Source: Entomortierella parvispora E1425
Lineage: Eukaryota; Fungi; Mortierellomycota
DNA length: 64,000 bases
Reading direction: 5' to 3'
Assembly: GCA_020891255.1 (NCBI GenBank)
Contig: BQFW01000010.1
Coordinates: 992,001 to 1,056,000 of the forward strand
Shown here: one piece after another, positions 12,901-25,829 of the stretch
Layout of the letters: each line of letters begins with the position of its first letter
Position numbering within the stretch: the first letter of the stretch is position 1
Translations under genes and position numbers: made by a program
Notes under the pieces: generated by a model
The model's database searches: none
What the model was told of the DNA's origin: nothing
Seen by the model: the letters and a program-made list of their open reading frames with translations, nothing else

Positions 12901-15431
12901 GATATCTACTTGCTGGATGATCCTCTGAGCGCTGTGGATGCCCATGTCGATCAACATCTGTGGAACGAACTTATTGGACCTCAGGGACTATTGAGCTCAA
13001 AGACTCGTATTCTGGTCACTCATGGCATTCATCATCTTCGAGACGTAGATAAAGTTGTTGTTCTCAAGGACGGCAAAGTGGTGGAGCAAGGTCACTATGA
13101 AGAACTGATGGGAGCTCGATTGGCCTTTTATCAACTCATCTGTGAGTACTCTGTCCCGCACAGATCCTCATCCTCTGCTTCCAGTATCGCTGCCAGCTCG
13201 GATGGATCGGGCACAGGAGAAGACGATACCATCACTGATCACGAAGGCTCTAACAGCCAAGGAGATGATACAGGGACAAAAAAAGCTCCAGGTGAACCTT
13301 CCAAGAAATCACCAGCCAAGAAAGATACCAACGCAAAGCTGATTGCAGCAGAAAAAGCCAAAGCCGGCAGAATCGACCTCAACGTCGTCAAAGCCTATGG
13401 GAGCGCGTTGTAAGTATTACTTGCATCCCATGGGAGATTTATGACAATGCAACTGCAGATTGTTGACACCTTTCTTATCCAATGTAGTTCATATGCAAAT
13501 ATGACCGCAATGATTGTGTTTCTGTTGCTTGCTCAGGTGTGCCTTATTGGGGTAAACCTGTGGCTGAAGCACTGGATCAACCTTGGAGAGCAAGATAAAG
13601 AGAGGCCCTCGCTCCGGTTCTTCCTCTCGATCTTTGCTCTTTTAACGGTACTTTACTCACTCGCCAACGTGGGGGTCATATGGATCGCGTTCGTCGTGGG
13701 ACGAATCCGAGCTTCAAGAGTCCTCCACAAAAACCTACTGAGCCGTGTGATGCGTTTGCCTTGTGCTTTCTTCGACACGACGCCACTGGGCCGCGTCCTG
13801 AACAGATTTTCAAGCGACATGCACTCAATTGACGAACGGATCACCTGGAAACTTTCCGACAGTCTCGCACAAGCATCCAATATTCTTTCGTCTTTGATCG
13901 TGATGGCTGTTGTGATGCCGCAGTTCCTGTTGGCTTTGCCGTTCTTTTTGCTGGCCTTTTATTTCCTTCTCATGTATTACATCAATTCATCCAGAGATGG
14001 CAAAAGGATCTTTACGGTACGTTTTTCTGTCCCCACATGTCAATATGGACTTGCCAACTTGCCAACTTCCCAAAGAGATGTAACTGACTGGCTGTCGTGG
14101 AATGTTTTTTTTTTTAACTTCTTTTATTGCAGATCACAAAGTCACCCATTTTCCAACACTTCACCGAGACTTTGGGAGGAGTTTCAACCATTCGGGCCAT
14201 GCGTCTTGAAGATCGATTTATTGAGGCAAATGCCGTTCGCTCCGATGTTCACTCAAATGCCTACCTTGCCTATGGATACACGATCCAGTGGATGGGAGTT
14301 CAAACACAACTCCTGTCCGCATCCATCATCCTTGTAGCCTCTCTTTGTTTTGTTCTGGCACCTCGAGGAAGTGTTGATGCGAGTGCGGCAGGTTTGGCTA
14401 TGAGTTTTGCCATGACGATCGCCCAGGGCTTGGGATTTTTTGTCAGAAGCACGTGCGACATGCAGAATCAGTTGATTGCAGTGGAGAGGATCATGGAGTT
14501 GACAGAGCTGAACACCGAAGCGGCGCTCAGGACCGAGCCGGATTCCCTCACAGGACGCGCCCTCGAGAACCAGCGCAGGGAAGGAAGACCCTGGCCACAG
14601 AAGGGGGAGATTGTGTTTGAAAACTACTCGACGAGATATCGAGAAGGTTTGGATCTTGTGCTAAGAAACGTTTCGTTTACGGCAGAGGCCGGAAAGCGGG
14701 TCGGAATCGTCGGAAGAACAGGCGCCGGCAAGTCGTCGCTGACATTGGCGCTCTTTAGGATGATTGAGGCTGCCAACAGCCCTCCTGCTCGAGCCTGCGA
14801 TAATACTGGGCGTGTCACAGAGTATGAGGATGGGGAAGAGGAAGAAACGGGAGGAAAGATTACCATTGATGGCCTTGATATTTCTCAAATGGGCTTGGCT
14901 GACCTCCGTGAACAACTGGCGATCATCCCTCAAGAGCCTGTTCTCTTTGCTGGCACTGTCCGAGAGAATCTGGATCCCTTTGGCCAGATCGACGATGCGG
15001 CCCTCTGGCAAGCTCTCGAACGAGCCCATCTCAAGGATTTCATCCTCTCTTTGAACCCCACGGGAGAAGATGGAGGGGAGGGTGGCCTTTCTTTCCGAGT
15101 CGCTCAACAGGGCGAGAACTTTTCAGTGGGTCAGAGATCTCTGCTCTGCCTGGCTAGAGCACTTTTGCGCAAGACAAAGGTTTTGATCCTGGACGAAGCC
15201 ACGTCGGCAGTGGATGTGGAAACGGACGAGCTGATCCAGCAGACGATCCGAAAAGAGTTTGCAGACAGAACTGTGTTGACAATTGCTCATCGCATCAAGA
15301 CTGTGATGGACTCGGACAAGATCCTAGTGCTGGACCATGGTTCCGTGGTGGAATACGATGCTCCATCCGCCTTGGTCCAAAGGCCAGAGTCGCTGTTTTA
15401 CAAGCTGGCGCAGCAGGCAGGAGAGCTTTGA
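9933..15431 (+). CDS. ABCC/MRP (Ycf1-like) full-length ABC transporter with N-terminal TMD0, multi-exon
   Basis: NBD1 has GRVGQGKSS, LSGGQKQRVSLAR and LLDDPLSAVD. NBD2 has GRTGAGKSS, FSVGQRSLLCLARAL and LDEATSAVD. Two TMDs. N-terminal exons read CQSPEGW/GPESLQRLGFTPC. Introns checked are in phase. Confidence 0.93.
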
Positions 15432-15869
15432 GAGTGTTGTGTTTTGTTTGACTGAAATAAAAAAAGAGACTAGATTGACGCGAATGACAGAAATGACTAC
15501 AATTGGTGGCGCAGAAGTGGTCACGTGCGATTTGTTTACGGCGAGTGAGTAAATTGACTGCTTTTGCAATGACGGTGGGACCTGGCTCAAAGACATGCTT
15601 GCATCCTTGCTCCATCACCTCCATCCCTTGTCCCCTTTTGCCTTGGTGAGTCACCCGTGGGAATGTAGCGCGCCGCCATCACCTGCATGCCGGCTGTGTC
15701 CTTTATAAAGGACCGATGACAATGTTCACATCAGCACTTTCCCACGCACAAACCAGTTTTTTCTCTTCTCTTGTAATAACCAACCTTTTTTTATTATTAT
15801 TATTCTCGCGCCGCCCTGTTTGCTTTCCATACAACCCACAATTCAATCCACAGAACCAAATTGCAGACA

Positions 15870-18800
15870 ATGGCTGACAACACTCCCACAAAGCCTACCC
15901 CTCCCCCCGCCGAGGCTGCCGGCTCTGCCGAAACCCCCGAAAAGTCCAAGAACGCTGACAAGAACGAGGCCAAGCGTCTTGCTAAGCTTGAGAAGTTCCA
16001 GGCCAAGCAGAAGGTAACGTCTCCATCTCCACATGGCATAAGCCGTAGACAATGAAGAGAAAGAAAACTGTCGAGGTTCTAATAGAACCTACTTTACAAA
16101 CTTAAAGGCTGCCGCTGAGAAGGCTGCTAAGGCTGCCCCTGCTGCCAAGGAGGAGAAGAAGGTCAAGGTCGAGAAGGCTGCCGCTGCGCCAGAGCCCGAG
16201 TTCGTTAACACGACCCCTGCTGGAGAGAAGAAGGACATGTCCCAGCCTATGGCTGCCACCTACAACCCTAAGGCCGTTGAGTCTGCCTGGAACGAGTGGT
16301 GGGAGAAGGAGGGATTCTTTGAGCCCGAGTTGACTGCCGATGGTCAGATCAAGTCTGAGGGTCTCTTTGTCATTGCCGCTCCTCCACCCAACATTACTGG
16401 ATCTCTTCACACTGGACACGCCTTGGCTGTTTCCATCGAGGATGGTCTTGCCCGCTGGTAAGAGATCTCATAACAGTCATAATGGAGCGTCTTGTACTGA
16501 TCGAAAGCTCAATTGAAATGCTAATTCAATTTTTGCGTGTCTATTTGAATATCATCCAGGAACCGCATGTTAGGAAAGACTGTGTTGTTCAACCCTGGTA
16601 CCGATCATGCTGGTATTTCCGCTCAGGCTGTCGTCGAGAAACAACTCTGGAAGGAGAGCAAGCAGACCCGCCACGATCTCGGACGTGAGGTCTTTGTTCA
16701 GAAGATCTGGGACTGGAAGGATGTTTACCAGAAGCGCATCAACAACCAGGTCAGACGTCTTGGTGCCTCTTACGACTGGACCCGTGAGGCCTTCACCCTC
16801 AGCCCTAACCTCTCCAAAGCCGTGACAGAGACTTTCTGCAGGTTCCACGAGGAGGGTATCATTTACCGTGCCACCCGTCTTGTCAACTGGTGCTCAGAGC
16901 TCAACACAGCCCTTTCCAACTTGGAGGTTGATAACAAGGAATTGACTGGACGCACCCTCTTGAACGTTCCTGGATACGACGCCAAGGAGAAGTTTGAGTT
17001 TGGTGTCTTAATCTCTTTCGCTTACCCCGTTGAGAACTCGGATGAGAAGATCATTGTCGCCACTACCCGTATTGAGACCATGATCGGTGATACCGCCGTC
17101 GCTATTCATCCCCAGGATGAGCGTTATAAGGTACCGAAAGGGACCAGCTCTCGACTACATCACGGAAAAAATTTAGATTGTCTGACCATTGTCTCTTTCA
17201 CTGTTTTAGCACCTTCACGGCAAATTCGTCATCCACCCCTTCTCTGGACGCAGGATTCCTATTATTCTGGATGATATTGTTGTTGATATGGCTTTCGGTA
17301 CCGGTGCTGTCAAGATGACTCCTGCCCACGACTTTAACGATTATGAGGTCGGAAAGCGCCACAACCTCGAGTTCATCAACATTTTGAACGACGACGGAAC
17401 CTTGAACAACAACTGTGGTGAATTCTCGGGAATGAAGCGTTTCCACGCTCGTGTTGCCGTCTTGAAGGCTCTCAAGGAGAAGGGTCTCTATGTCGAGACT
17501 GTTGACAACGCCATGACTGTGCCTCTCTGCTCCAAGACTGGCGATATCATCGAACCCTTGATGAAGCCCCAGTGGTGGGTTAACTGCAAGGATATGGCCC
17601 ACGATGCCCTCCAGGCTGTCAAGGATGGAAAGTTGGTGATCAAGCCCCAGTCCTCCGAGAAGGAATACTACCGCTGGATGGAGAACATTAACGACTGGTG
17701 CATCTCGCGTCAGATCTGGTGGGGTCACCGCATCCCCGCTTACTTTGTCCGCATTGAGGGCGAGGAGCAGGATTTCGCTGATGGTCAGTTCTGGGTCTCT
17801 GGACGCACTGAGGAGGCTGCTCGTGAGAGCGCTGAGAAGAAGTTCCATGGCAAGAAGTTCACTTTGGAGCAGGATCCCGATGTGTTGGATACCTGGTTCT
17901 CTTCTGGTCTCTGGCCTTTCTCGATCATGGGCTGGCCCGAGAAGACTGCCGACTTTGATCGCTTCTACCCCACCTCGCTTCTCGAAACTGGTTGGGATAT
18001 TCTTTTCTTCTGGGTCGCTCGCATGGTGATGTTGGGTATCAAGTTGACTGGTCAGGTTCCCTTCTCTGAGGTGTACTGCCACGCCTTGGTTCGTGATGCT
18101 CAGGGTCGCAAGATGAGTAAGTCATTGGGCAACGTCATTGACCCCATTGACGTTATTGAGGGTATCAGCCTGCAGGCCTTGCACGACAAGCTCCGCATCG
18201 GAAACTTGGACCCCCGCGAGATCATCAAGGCCGAGCAGGGTCAGAAGATGGATTTCCCCAACGGCATTCCCGAGTGCGGTACCGACGCTCTCCGCTTCTG
18301 CTTAGGCGCCTACTCTGCTTTCGGAAAGGACATCAACTTGGACATCATGCGTGTGGATGGATACCGCAAGTTCTGTAACAAGCTTTGGAACGCCACTCGC
18401 TTTGCGCTCTTGAAGTTGGAGGACGGTTTCTTGCCTAACGCCACCGCTGCCAAGTCTGGCAAGGAGAGCTTGGCTGAGCGCTGGATCCTCAACAAGCTGA
18501 ACATTGCTGCCGTCGAGTTGAACGACCAGCTCGGTCAGCGCAACTTCATGAAGGCCACTGATGCCATCTACAAGTTCTGGTTGTACGAGCTTTGCGATGT
18601 CTACATTGAGATCATCAAGCCCATCACGGAGGGCTCTGACTTGGTTGCCAAGCGCTCTGCTCAGGACACCCTCTACACTTGCTTGGAGGCTGCCTTGAGA
18701 ATGTTGCACCCCTTCATGCCCTTCTTGACTGAGGAGCTCTACCAGCGCCTGCCCCGTCGTGATGGCGACAAGATCCCCACCATTGTCAAGTCTGCCTTCC

Positions 18801-19318
18801 CCGTCCACAACCCCTCGTACGTTGATGAGCAGGCTGATGCCGATTTCGAGTTGGTCTTTGCCGTTGTCCGTGCTGGCCGTTCGTTGATGGGCGATTACAA
18901 CATGACCAAGGGAGGTCAGATTTACATTTTGGGTTCGATCGAGATTGCCAAGTTGTTGTTGGCTGAGGAGGCCGGTATCGCTACCTTGACTAAGGGAGCC
19001 AAGTCCTGCAAGGTGGTCAGCAATGTCTCTGAAATTCCCGAAGGATGCGCCTCGTTGACTGTCCAGGATGGATGCACTGTTTACCTTTTGGTGAAGGGCA
19101 TGGTCGATGTTGATGCTGAGGTCGAGAAGATTGAGAAGAAGCTGTCCAAGGTCCAGAAGGCTAAGGATGATCTTTTGAAGAAGACCCAGGATGAGACCTA
19201 CTTGACCCGCGTCAAGCCCGAGATTCGTGAGATGAACGAGGTCAAGCTCAAGGACTACGACCATGAGATTGCCACTCTTACCGCCGGCATGAACACTTTT
19301 TTGAGCTTGAGGGATTAA
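15870..19318 (+). CDS. VAS1: Valyl-tRNA synthetase, multi-exon
   Basis: [15 protein letters not shown] (HIGH-type motif), [37 protein letters not shown]-terminal coiled coil. Strong codon bias. Confidence 0.97.
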
Positions 19319-19737
19319 GGAGGAGAATCTAGAAGAAGAACGGATGAACAGACGGACTGATGAATGAACACACAGTTGGACAGTCTAGAAAACAATAAAT
19401 GTATACACTAAAACGTTGTGAGTGCAGAGACACGCGACATGCGAAACGGTGACTGTCTTTATCTATGATCACATATCGCGTCTTCATTGTCTGCAGCCAA
19501 TGGCAGGTGGCCTGGATGAGTCCATACTCCAAAGATGGTGCAAAGTGCCTGTTTCGCTGCTCGTGCCTGGGCTGGGAGGCCGTGGAAGGGTTCTCTCGGA
19601 CTCTTTTGCTCTTTATCTTCTCTCTTTCTTCTAGTCCTCTTCCCTTCCTCATTCGCTCTCTCTCTCATTCACTTGTGCATTCAGTCCATTCTCTCTCCTC
19701 TTTCCTTCCCCTCCTCTCCCCCTTATCACACACAAAT

Positions 19738-20834
<1,097 letters not shown>

Positions 20835-20888
20835 GTGCAACAACATATACATATACTATAGACAACAACAACAGGGAGAATAAACAAG

Positions 20889-20889
<1 letters not shown>

Positions 20890-20924
<35 letters not shown>
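20890..20924. repeat. (CAT)n microsatellite in the MET14 3' region
   Basis: Direct reading, about 11 units. Confidence 0.95.
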
Positions 20925-20925
<1 letters not shown>

Positions 20926-21618
20926 AGAGCTTTGCAAAACGGACACCCGCTGCTCTCATTTTTTTGCCACCGAAAAATCGATTGCCACCAAAAATGAACG
21001 CAGCATCGGGCAAAAAGAAAGAAGATTGGCGCTAGGACGACTCTTGTCACGACACCCTCAACGCAGTCTTTTTTGTCTTTGGCACGGACACGATGCGGGA
21101 AAAGGAAGGGCCACGCCAGGACCCGGAGCGAGTCTCGATCGCTGTCTTTCTTTTTTTCGTTTTTGCCCTAGTGTCTCTTCTTTCTGAGGTGGAGGTGCAC
21201 ACCCACGCTCCCCTTGCACGCCCAACCATCCATGCAAGTTGCATGATACGCAGCGAAAGGTCTGGAAAAAGGGGCGAGAGGCAACGTTGGTGCGGGAAAA
21301 GAACGAGTCGGGTGCGGCTCCAAACAGACCTCCATCGCTCGTTCTTTTTCTCTATTTCTTTTCTTCACACGTTCGTTTTTCTTCTTCACAGACCTTTTTT
21401 CTTTTCCTCCTTGCCTTTCCCCTCCCGCGCTCATTCCTCAGCGAGTTTTGCCTCATTTCACTTTTTGCGACTCTTCTGCTCCATTCCCATTCCTTTCTCA
21501 TCCCTCCAAACGTACTCCTCACACTCGTTTTTGTCTGCAGTCTCCTTCCTCTCTCTATCGTTTTCGTCCTGACGCGTCGGTTAACTCCCCCCACATCCCT
21601 TTTTTTTTTTTTTCAAAC

Positions 21619-23250
21619 ATGAAGCCCCAGCTGGGTCACTCCAAGCTCTCGATCCTGAAACATGCTCCGAGCGTCCACCGCAAACGTCGCCCGGTCGAAC
21701 TCCGCGGCAAGCAAGGTTCGTCTACAGAGTCCCCCAGCAACGCGACACCTGTACCTGGAGGAGGGTTGACCTCTACAACTGCTAGCGACCATAGACCCGG
21801 TGGTCTCAGTACACTTCGCCGAACCCTTTCTCGGAGCTCGGGTGCTTTTGGCGGAGGCTCGATAAATCATGTGCATCATCATCACCATCACCAAGGTGGT
21901 CCTCCTTCGCTCCTGCGTCGACAAACGACGGCCCGACACAAGTCCTTTATGGAGGTGGATCTTCCATCGATGCGAGTTTTGAGACGAGAACCGACCATGA
22001 TGGAATTGGATCCGCCCGCGACCTTGTTCGCCCCGGCGCCCACTCCTTCGCATTTCCAGCCAGGACCTTGGGCCTTCTTTCAGGCTGCGGAGGCGCAGCG
22101 CGAACAGCGTCAGAGTCAGATCGAGTTTTTGACAAAGCTTCAAGAATTGCGTGTACGGGACGAACAGCTTTTTGTCCAGCTGATGGCCGGTTTTGCAAAG
22201 GAGTGCCCGGTCCAGTTTACACAGCTGACGGGTTTCATGAAGCGAATGGAGATGGAGATGGCGGCAGAGGAACAGCAACAACAGCATACGCACCAATTGC
22301 AACAACAGCAGCATCATTTACAGCTACAGCAGGATGCATGGATGAGGATGATGAGCGCTCGTGAGGACCGAGGAACAAAGACGGGATTGATGTCGTTGGC
22401 CCAAACGTTTGGCAAATCGATTCAATCCGTGGGGACCAGTCATCGAGACCAGTTCTTTTCTGACCAGCAACAACAACAACGTCAATTGTGGCAACAGCAG
22501 CAACAAGGGCACCAACACGGACAAAATTTGCTTTTGCAACAGCAATTGCATAATCAGTTTCATAGTACAGGTGGTCAAATAGGCGCTGGCACCTCCAAAC
22601 CAGGCAGACCAGGAGGGGCACAACGTCGACACACGACGGGTGGAGGCGGTGCAGCCACTGCGCAAGCGCGTCCAGTGCCTCAATTGCGAAGGGGCAAGAC
22701 TTTTCAACAGCAACAGCAGGCTCTCCAACAGCTGACCTCTTACCAGCGTCAACTTTACCAACAGGTTCAGCAAACGCACCTTCAACAACAACACCTCCAA
22801 CAACAACAGCAGCAGCAAGGATGGCCTGGTAACAATTTTGGCAGCACGAACGGCGTCCCCTTGGTGACTTCGCCGACATCGATCCCTCTGGCGCATGAGC
22901 TGATGCAGTATGCGGCAATGCAATCTCTGGGCAACAGCGGTAGTCTCCCGCCTTTCCTTTTGGGCAATCAAGGCGGCGTGCCTTCGCTCTCGACTTCTCC
23001 TTTGACTTCGCCGGCCTTGAATGGCCACCATGGCTCGAATTCATTGTCCCCAGTGACGCCACCTCTTGGGGGTTTCAGTTTTGGAGGTATTGGCGCCGGT
23101 GACCCACAGCACCTACAACAACACCTGCAGCAAAAGAGAAACAGCATTGATCCTTTGGAACTCGCAGCTCAGAATATGCAGATGAACTTGAATTCACAAG
23201 GATCCTCGCGTCGCTCCCGTTACAAACCCCCGCCCCTCAGGACTCATTAA
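21619..23250 (+). CDS. Hypothetical Q-rich low-complexity protein (about 543 aa)
   Basis: ATG at 21619 after a polypyrimidine leader. Long single ORF with poly-Q/poly-H tracts and a short helical segment (EFLTKLQELRVRDEQLFVQLMAGF). No recognisable domain. Confidence 0.7.
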   Translation: MKPQLGHSKLSILKHAPSVHRKRRPVELRGKQGSSTESPSNATPVPGGGLTSTTASDHRPGGLSTLRRTLSRSSGAFGGGSINHVHHHHHHQGGPPSLLRRQTTARHKSFMEVDLPSMRVLRREPTMMELDPPATLFAPAPTPSHFQPGPWAFFQAAEAQREQRQSQIEFLTKLQELRVRDEQLFVQLMAGFAKECPVQFTQLTGFMKRMEMEMAAEEQQQQHTHQLQQQQHHLQLQQDAWMRMMSAREDRGTKTGLMSLAQTFGKSIQSVGTSHRDQFFSDQQQQQRQLWQQQQQGHQHGQNLLLQQQLHNQFHSTGGQIGAGTSKPGRPGGAQRRHTTGGGGAATAQARPVPQLRRGKTFQQQQQALQQLTSYQRQLYQQVQQTHLQQQHLQQQQQQQGWPGNNFGSTNGVPLVTSPTSIPLAHELMQYAAMQSLGNSGSLPPFLLGNQGGVPSLSTSPLTSPALNGHHGSNSLSPVTPPLGGFSFGGIGAGDPQHLQQHLQQKRNSIDPLELAAQNMQMNLNSQGSSRRSRYKPPPLRTH

Positions 23251-23808
23251 GACTATAAGACTAACGAAAAACAGTGAGGTTGAAAAATTCTGGCAAGTTC
23301 AAGGTACAGAATAAGCAAAATGAAACTCCCAAGAAAGAACATCACTCTTTCGAATATCAAGGGGAGCAGGGGACCACATGAGGAGTCGAACACACACACA
23401 CAATTGCCCTTTGATGCCCAATCGCCACCTCGTACATGTACCGTTTTTTTGTTGTGAAAATAAAAACATACCATATATCTATCCAATCATCAGAGTTGCT
23501 TCCTATTGCCATCCATGCCAAAGAGGAGAGAGAGTCAAATGAGACTATTGTAGTAAAGAAAAAAATTGTCCAACTATGGTAGTGGACGCGTCTAGGTCAG
23601 CAAGAATGCAACTTTCATAACGACAGGCCCTTTTCTGCATAGATCAGCCATTGCGCTCGAGGCGCGGCACGTCCTTTTATTCAAAAAGAAAAAAAAAATA
23701 ACTGTTACAGATGTTGTGGGTTCCAAACGTACCAAAAAAAAAAAAATTGATAGCTTTTTCTACATTGACAAAAAGAGCTAGCTAGTCCTTGGAGGGGCCA
23801 AAAGAATG

Positions 23809-23880
23809 TGCCCACAGCAGGGATCGAACCTGCTACCTTCTGCTTACTAGGCAGACGCTCTACCAATGAGCTATGCGGGC
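23809..23880 (-). tRNA. tRNA-Thr (anticodon AGT)
   Basis: Reverse complement GCCCGCATAGCTCATTGGTAGAGCGTCTGCCTAGTAAGCAGAAGGTAGCAGGTTCGATCCCTGCTGTGGGCA. Acceptor stem GCCCGCA/TGTGGGC, anticodon stem TCTGC/GCAGA, loop CTAGTAA, T-loop GTTCGAT, T-run downstream. Confidence 0.97.
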
Positions 23881-25829
23881 CTTTTCAGGCTCTTGTTGCT
23901 GTTGAGGTCCGATTATCACAGAAAGTATATATACGAACAGTCCGAGATCATGTGACGTGACCACCATGTCTAAGCCACCGATGTCACGTGGGCGTAGCTG
24001 GCTGAGCGCGTCTCTTGCGCTCGGGATTTTATTCTTGTCACCTTGGAGCATCAGGCAAAGCCCATCATTCCTTCTCTCGAAGCTCAAATTGTTATCGAAG
24101 AAGAAAGGCTGATGTATCTCTCTAACTTGGCCTTCGTGGTGCTGGTACGTGCTGCATGCTTATGAAGGGTGATATGAACCTTGACCCTGGTCTGGGACCC
24201 CATCTCACCTTTTGAGTCAAGAGGCATGTGCTTGTGGAAAATCGGGTCGTCTGTGCAAGCATTCCTGCTTGAGGCTGTTATCACGGTCCAAATTTGCAGT
24301 CAGCCATGTGGCAGGAATCATATGTTGCTGAATAAAGCTACAGCAGCATGGGTCAAGTGGCCAGTCAACTCAGCTCGTCGTGAGTTGACAGGCAATAATG
24401 TCCCTCTTTTGATCACGGTAACGTCCGTAATAACAAAAGAATAAAAGAGAAAAAACGGCGGGTAAAATACTAATAAAAAAAAAAGCACATGAAAGTGCAA
24501 AGACGAAAAGATGACCAGGAGGAGGGATGATCAACTTTGCTATGCTGAGCATGCTCGGGCATGGGTGAAATTGGCGCTCGGACGACGAGGAGGGTGAAAA
24601 AACCAAAGGGATGCAGAGGGACACGGACTTGAGCCACAAGGGACAACAAGGGGTGAGCATGTTGGTCGGTGCGTTCTTTCCTCTTTTTTTTTCTGTCCCT
24701 AGTTGCACTCTCCCTCGAAAACAAAAACACACACACACACAACAGAAGGGGGTTGGCTGACTTTCAAGTCTGGCCCAAAACAAGAAAGGAGGGAGGAGTG
24801 ATTCTGTCCAAGACAAGGGGCGAACCATCAACCCCAAGAGATCGGGCTTTTGCATGGAGCAAGAAAAGGATGGTAGACAACATTGCGCTTGGAGTGCACT
24901 GTCCACTCTTCTCCACGAAGAGCGAGGCGAGGAAGCCAAGGGCAACCATGCGTCGTGGTCAGTTGCAGCTCTTCGAAGGTCACAACACCGCAAAGCAGCT
25001 GCCGCGCGTGTGCCTGGGCAGTCGGTGGTCTCCTGTTTCAAGTCGGACGGTGCCGATGCGAATGAGCACACCAAGGCATCGTTTTAGTTTTGGAGCGACG
25101 CGTATCCTTCCGAGCAACAGAGGCACATTGGGACTATAGGCCGCCGTGTTCTCTCTCCTTGGTATCGTATCCAAGTCAAGGTCTAGTCGGTCAGGTGTCC
25201 AGGGAAGGAGGACGAGAGGGGATCGGGCGAGCAAGCGGGAGTGGAGGCGATGGATGCAACTTTCACCAACACCTCCTCCTCCTCTTCCACCGACCGACCG
25301 ACCGACCCCACCCCCTAACTTTTTTTCTCTTTGTCCCCTTGAGTGCAAGGTGCGAATGGTCCCATGAGCACACACGTCTGAATGGATGACCATGGCCATG
25401 ACCATGCGTCCGCCCCTTTTCTCTCCCGGGTCTTTCTCCTTGATTCATGGTAATTCGCCTTCTATTCTTCATTCATTCATTCACCCTCAAGCTTCCACCC
25501 CCCATTCCCCCATTCACATCCACTGGACTCGACTGCACTGCACTGCACTGCACGCACCACACGCACGCTGCACCCCCAACCCACCACGTTCACCTCGCCT
25601 GCAGTGCCCCTCCTTCGTTCTCCTCCCAACGCGCGTCGCTGACACGTCTTTTTTACGTCTCTCTTCTCCTCTCCACTCACTTGCTGCTCTTTTCTGTCTT
25701 CTTCGAGCAAACGCGTCCACTCTCTCCTTCCATTCATTCACGCTTTCTTTCATTCCTACATTCATTCTCTCATTTGCTCCTTTCTCGCATTCATTCATTC
25801 ATTTATTACATTCGCCTCTACATTCAGTC

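Noticed and set aside
15519-15528. GTCACGTG boxes here and near 23984
   Set aside because: Single short motifs without conservation data; cannot be assigned to a regulon.
17198-19264. Long antisense ORFs over ValRS (17198-18082, 18302-19264), and similar ones over the thiolase and SDR
   Set aside because: Shadow ORFs expected from strong codon bias on the sense strand; no domain content.
24364-24389. 9-bp hairpin gtcaactca/tgagttgac
   Set aside because: Isolated and short, with no associated feature; expected by chance in 64 kb.
25386-25829. N-terminal ORF extensions upstream of the GRR1-like ATG, and similarly 31413-31931 and 46029-46313
   Set aside because: Pyrimidine-rich or microsatellite 5' leader read-through; the real starts are better placed at 25830, 31932 and 46028.
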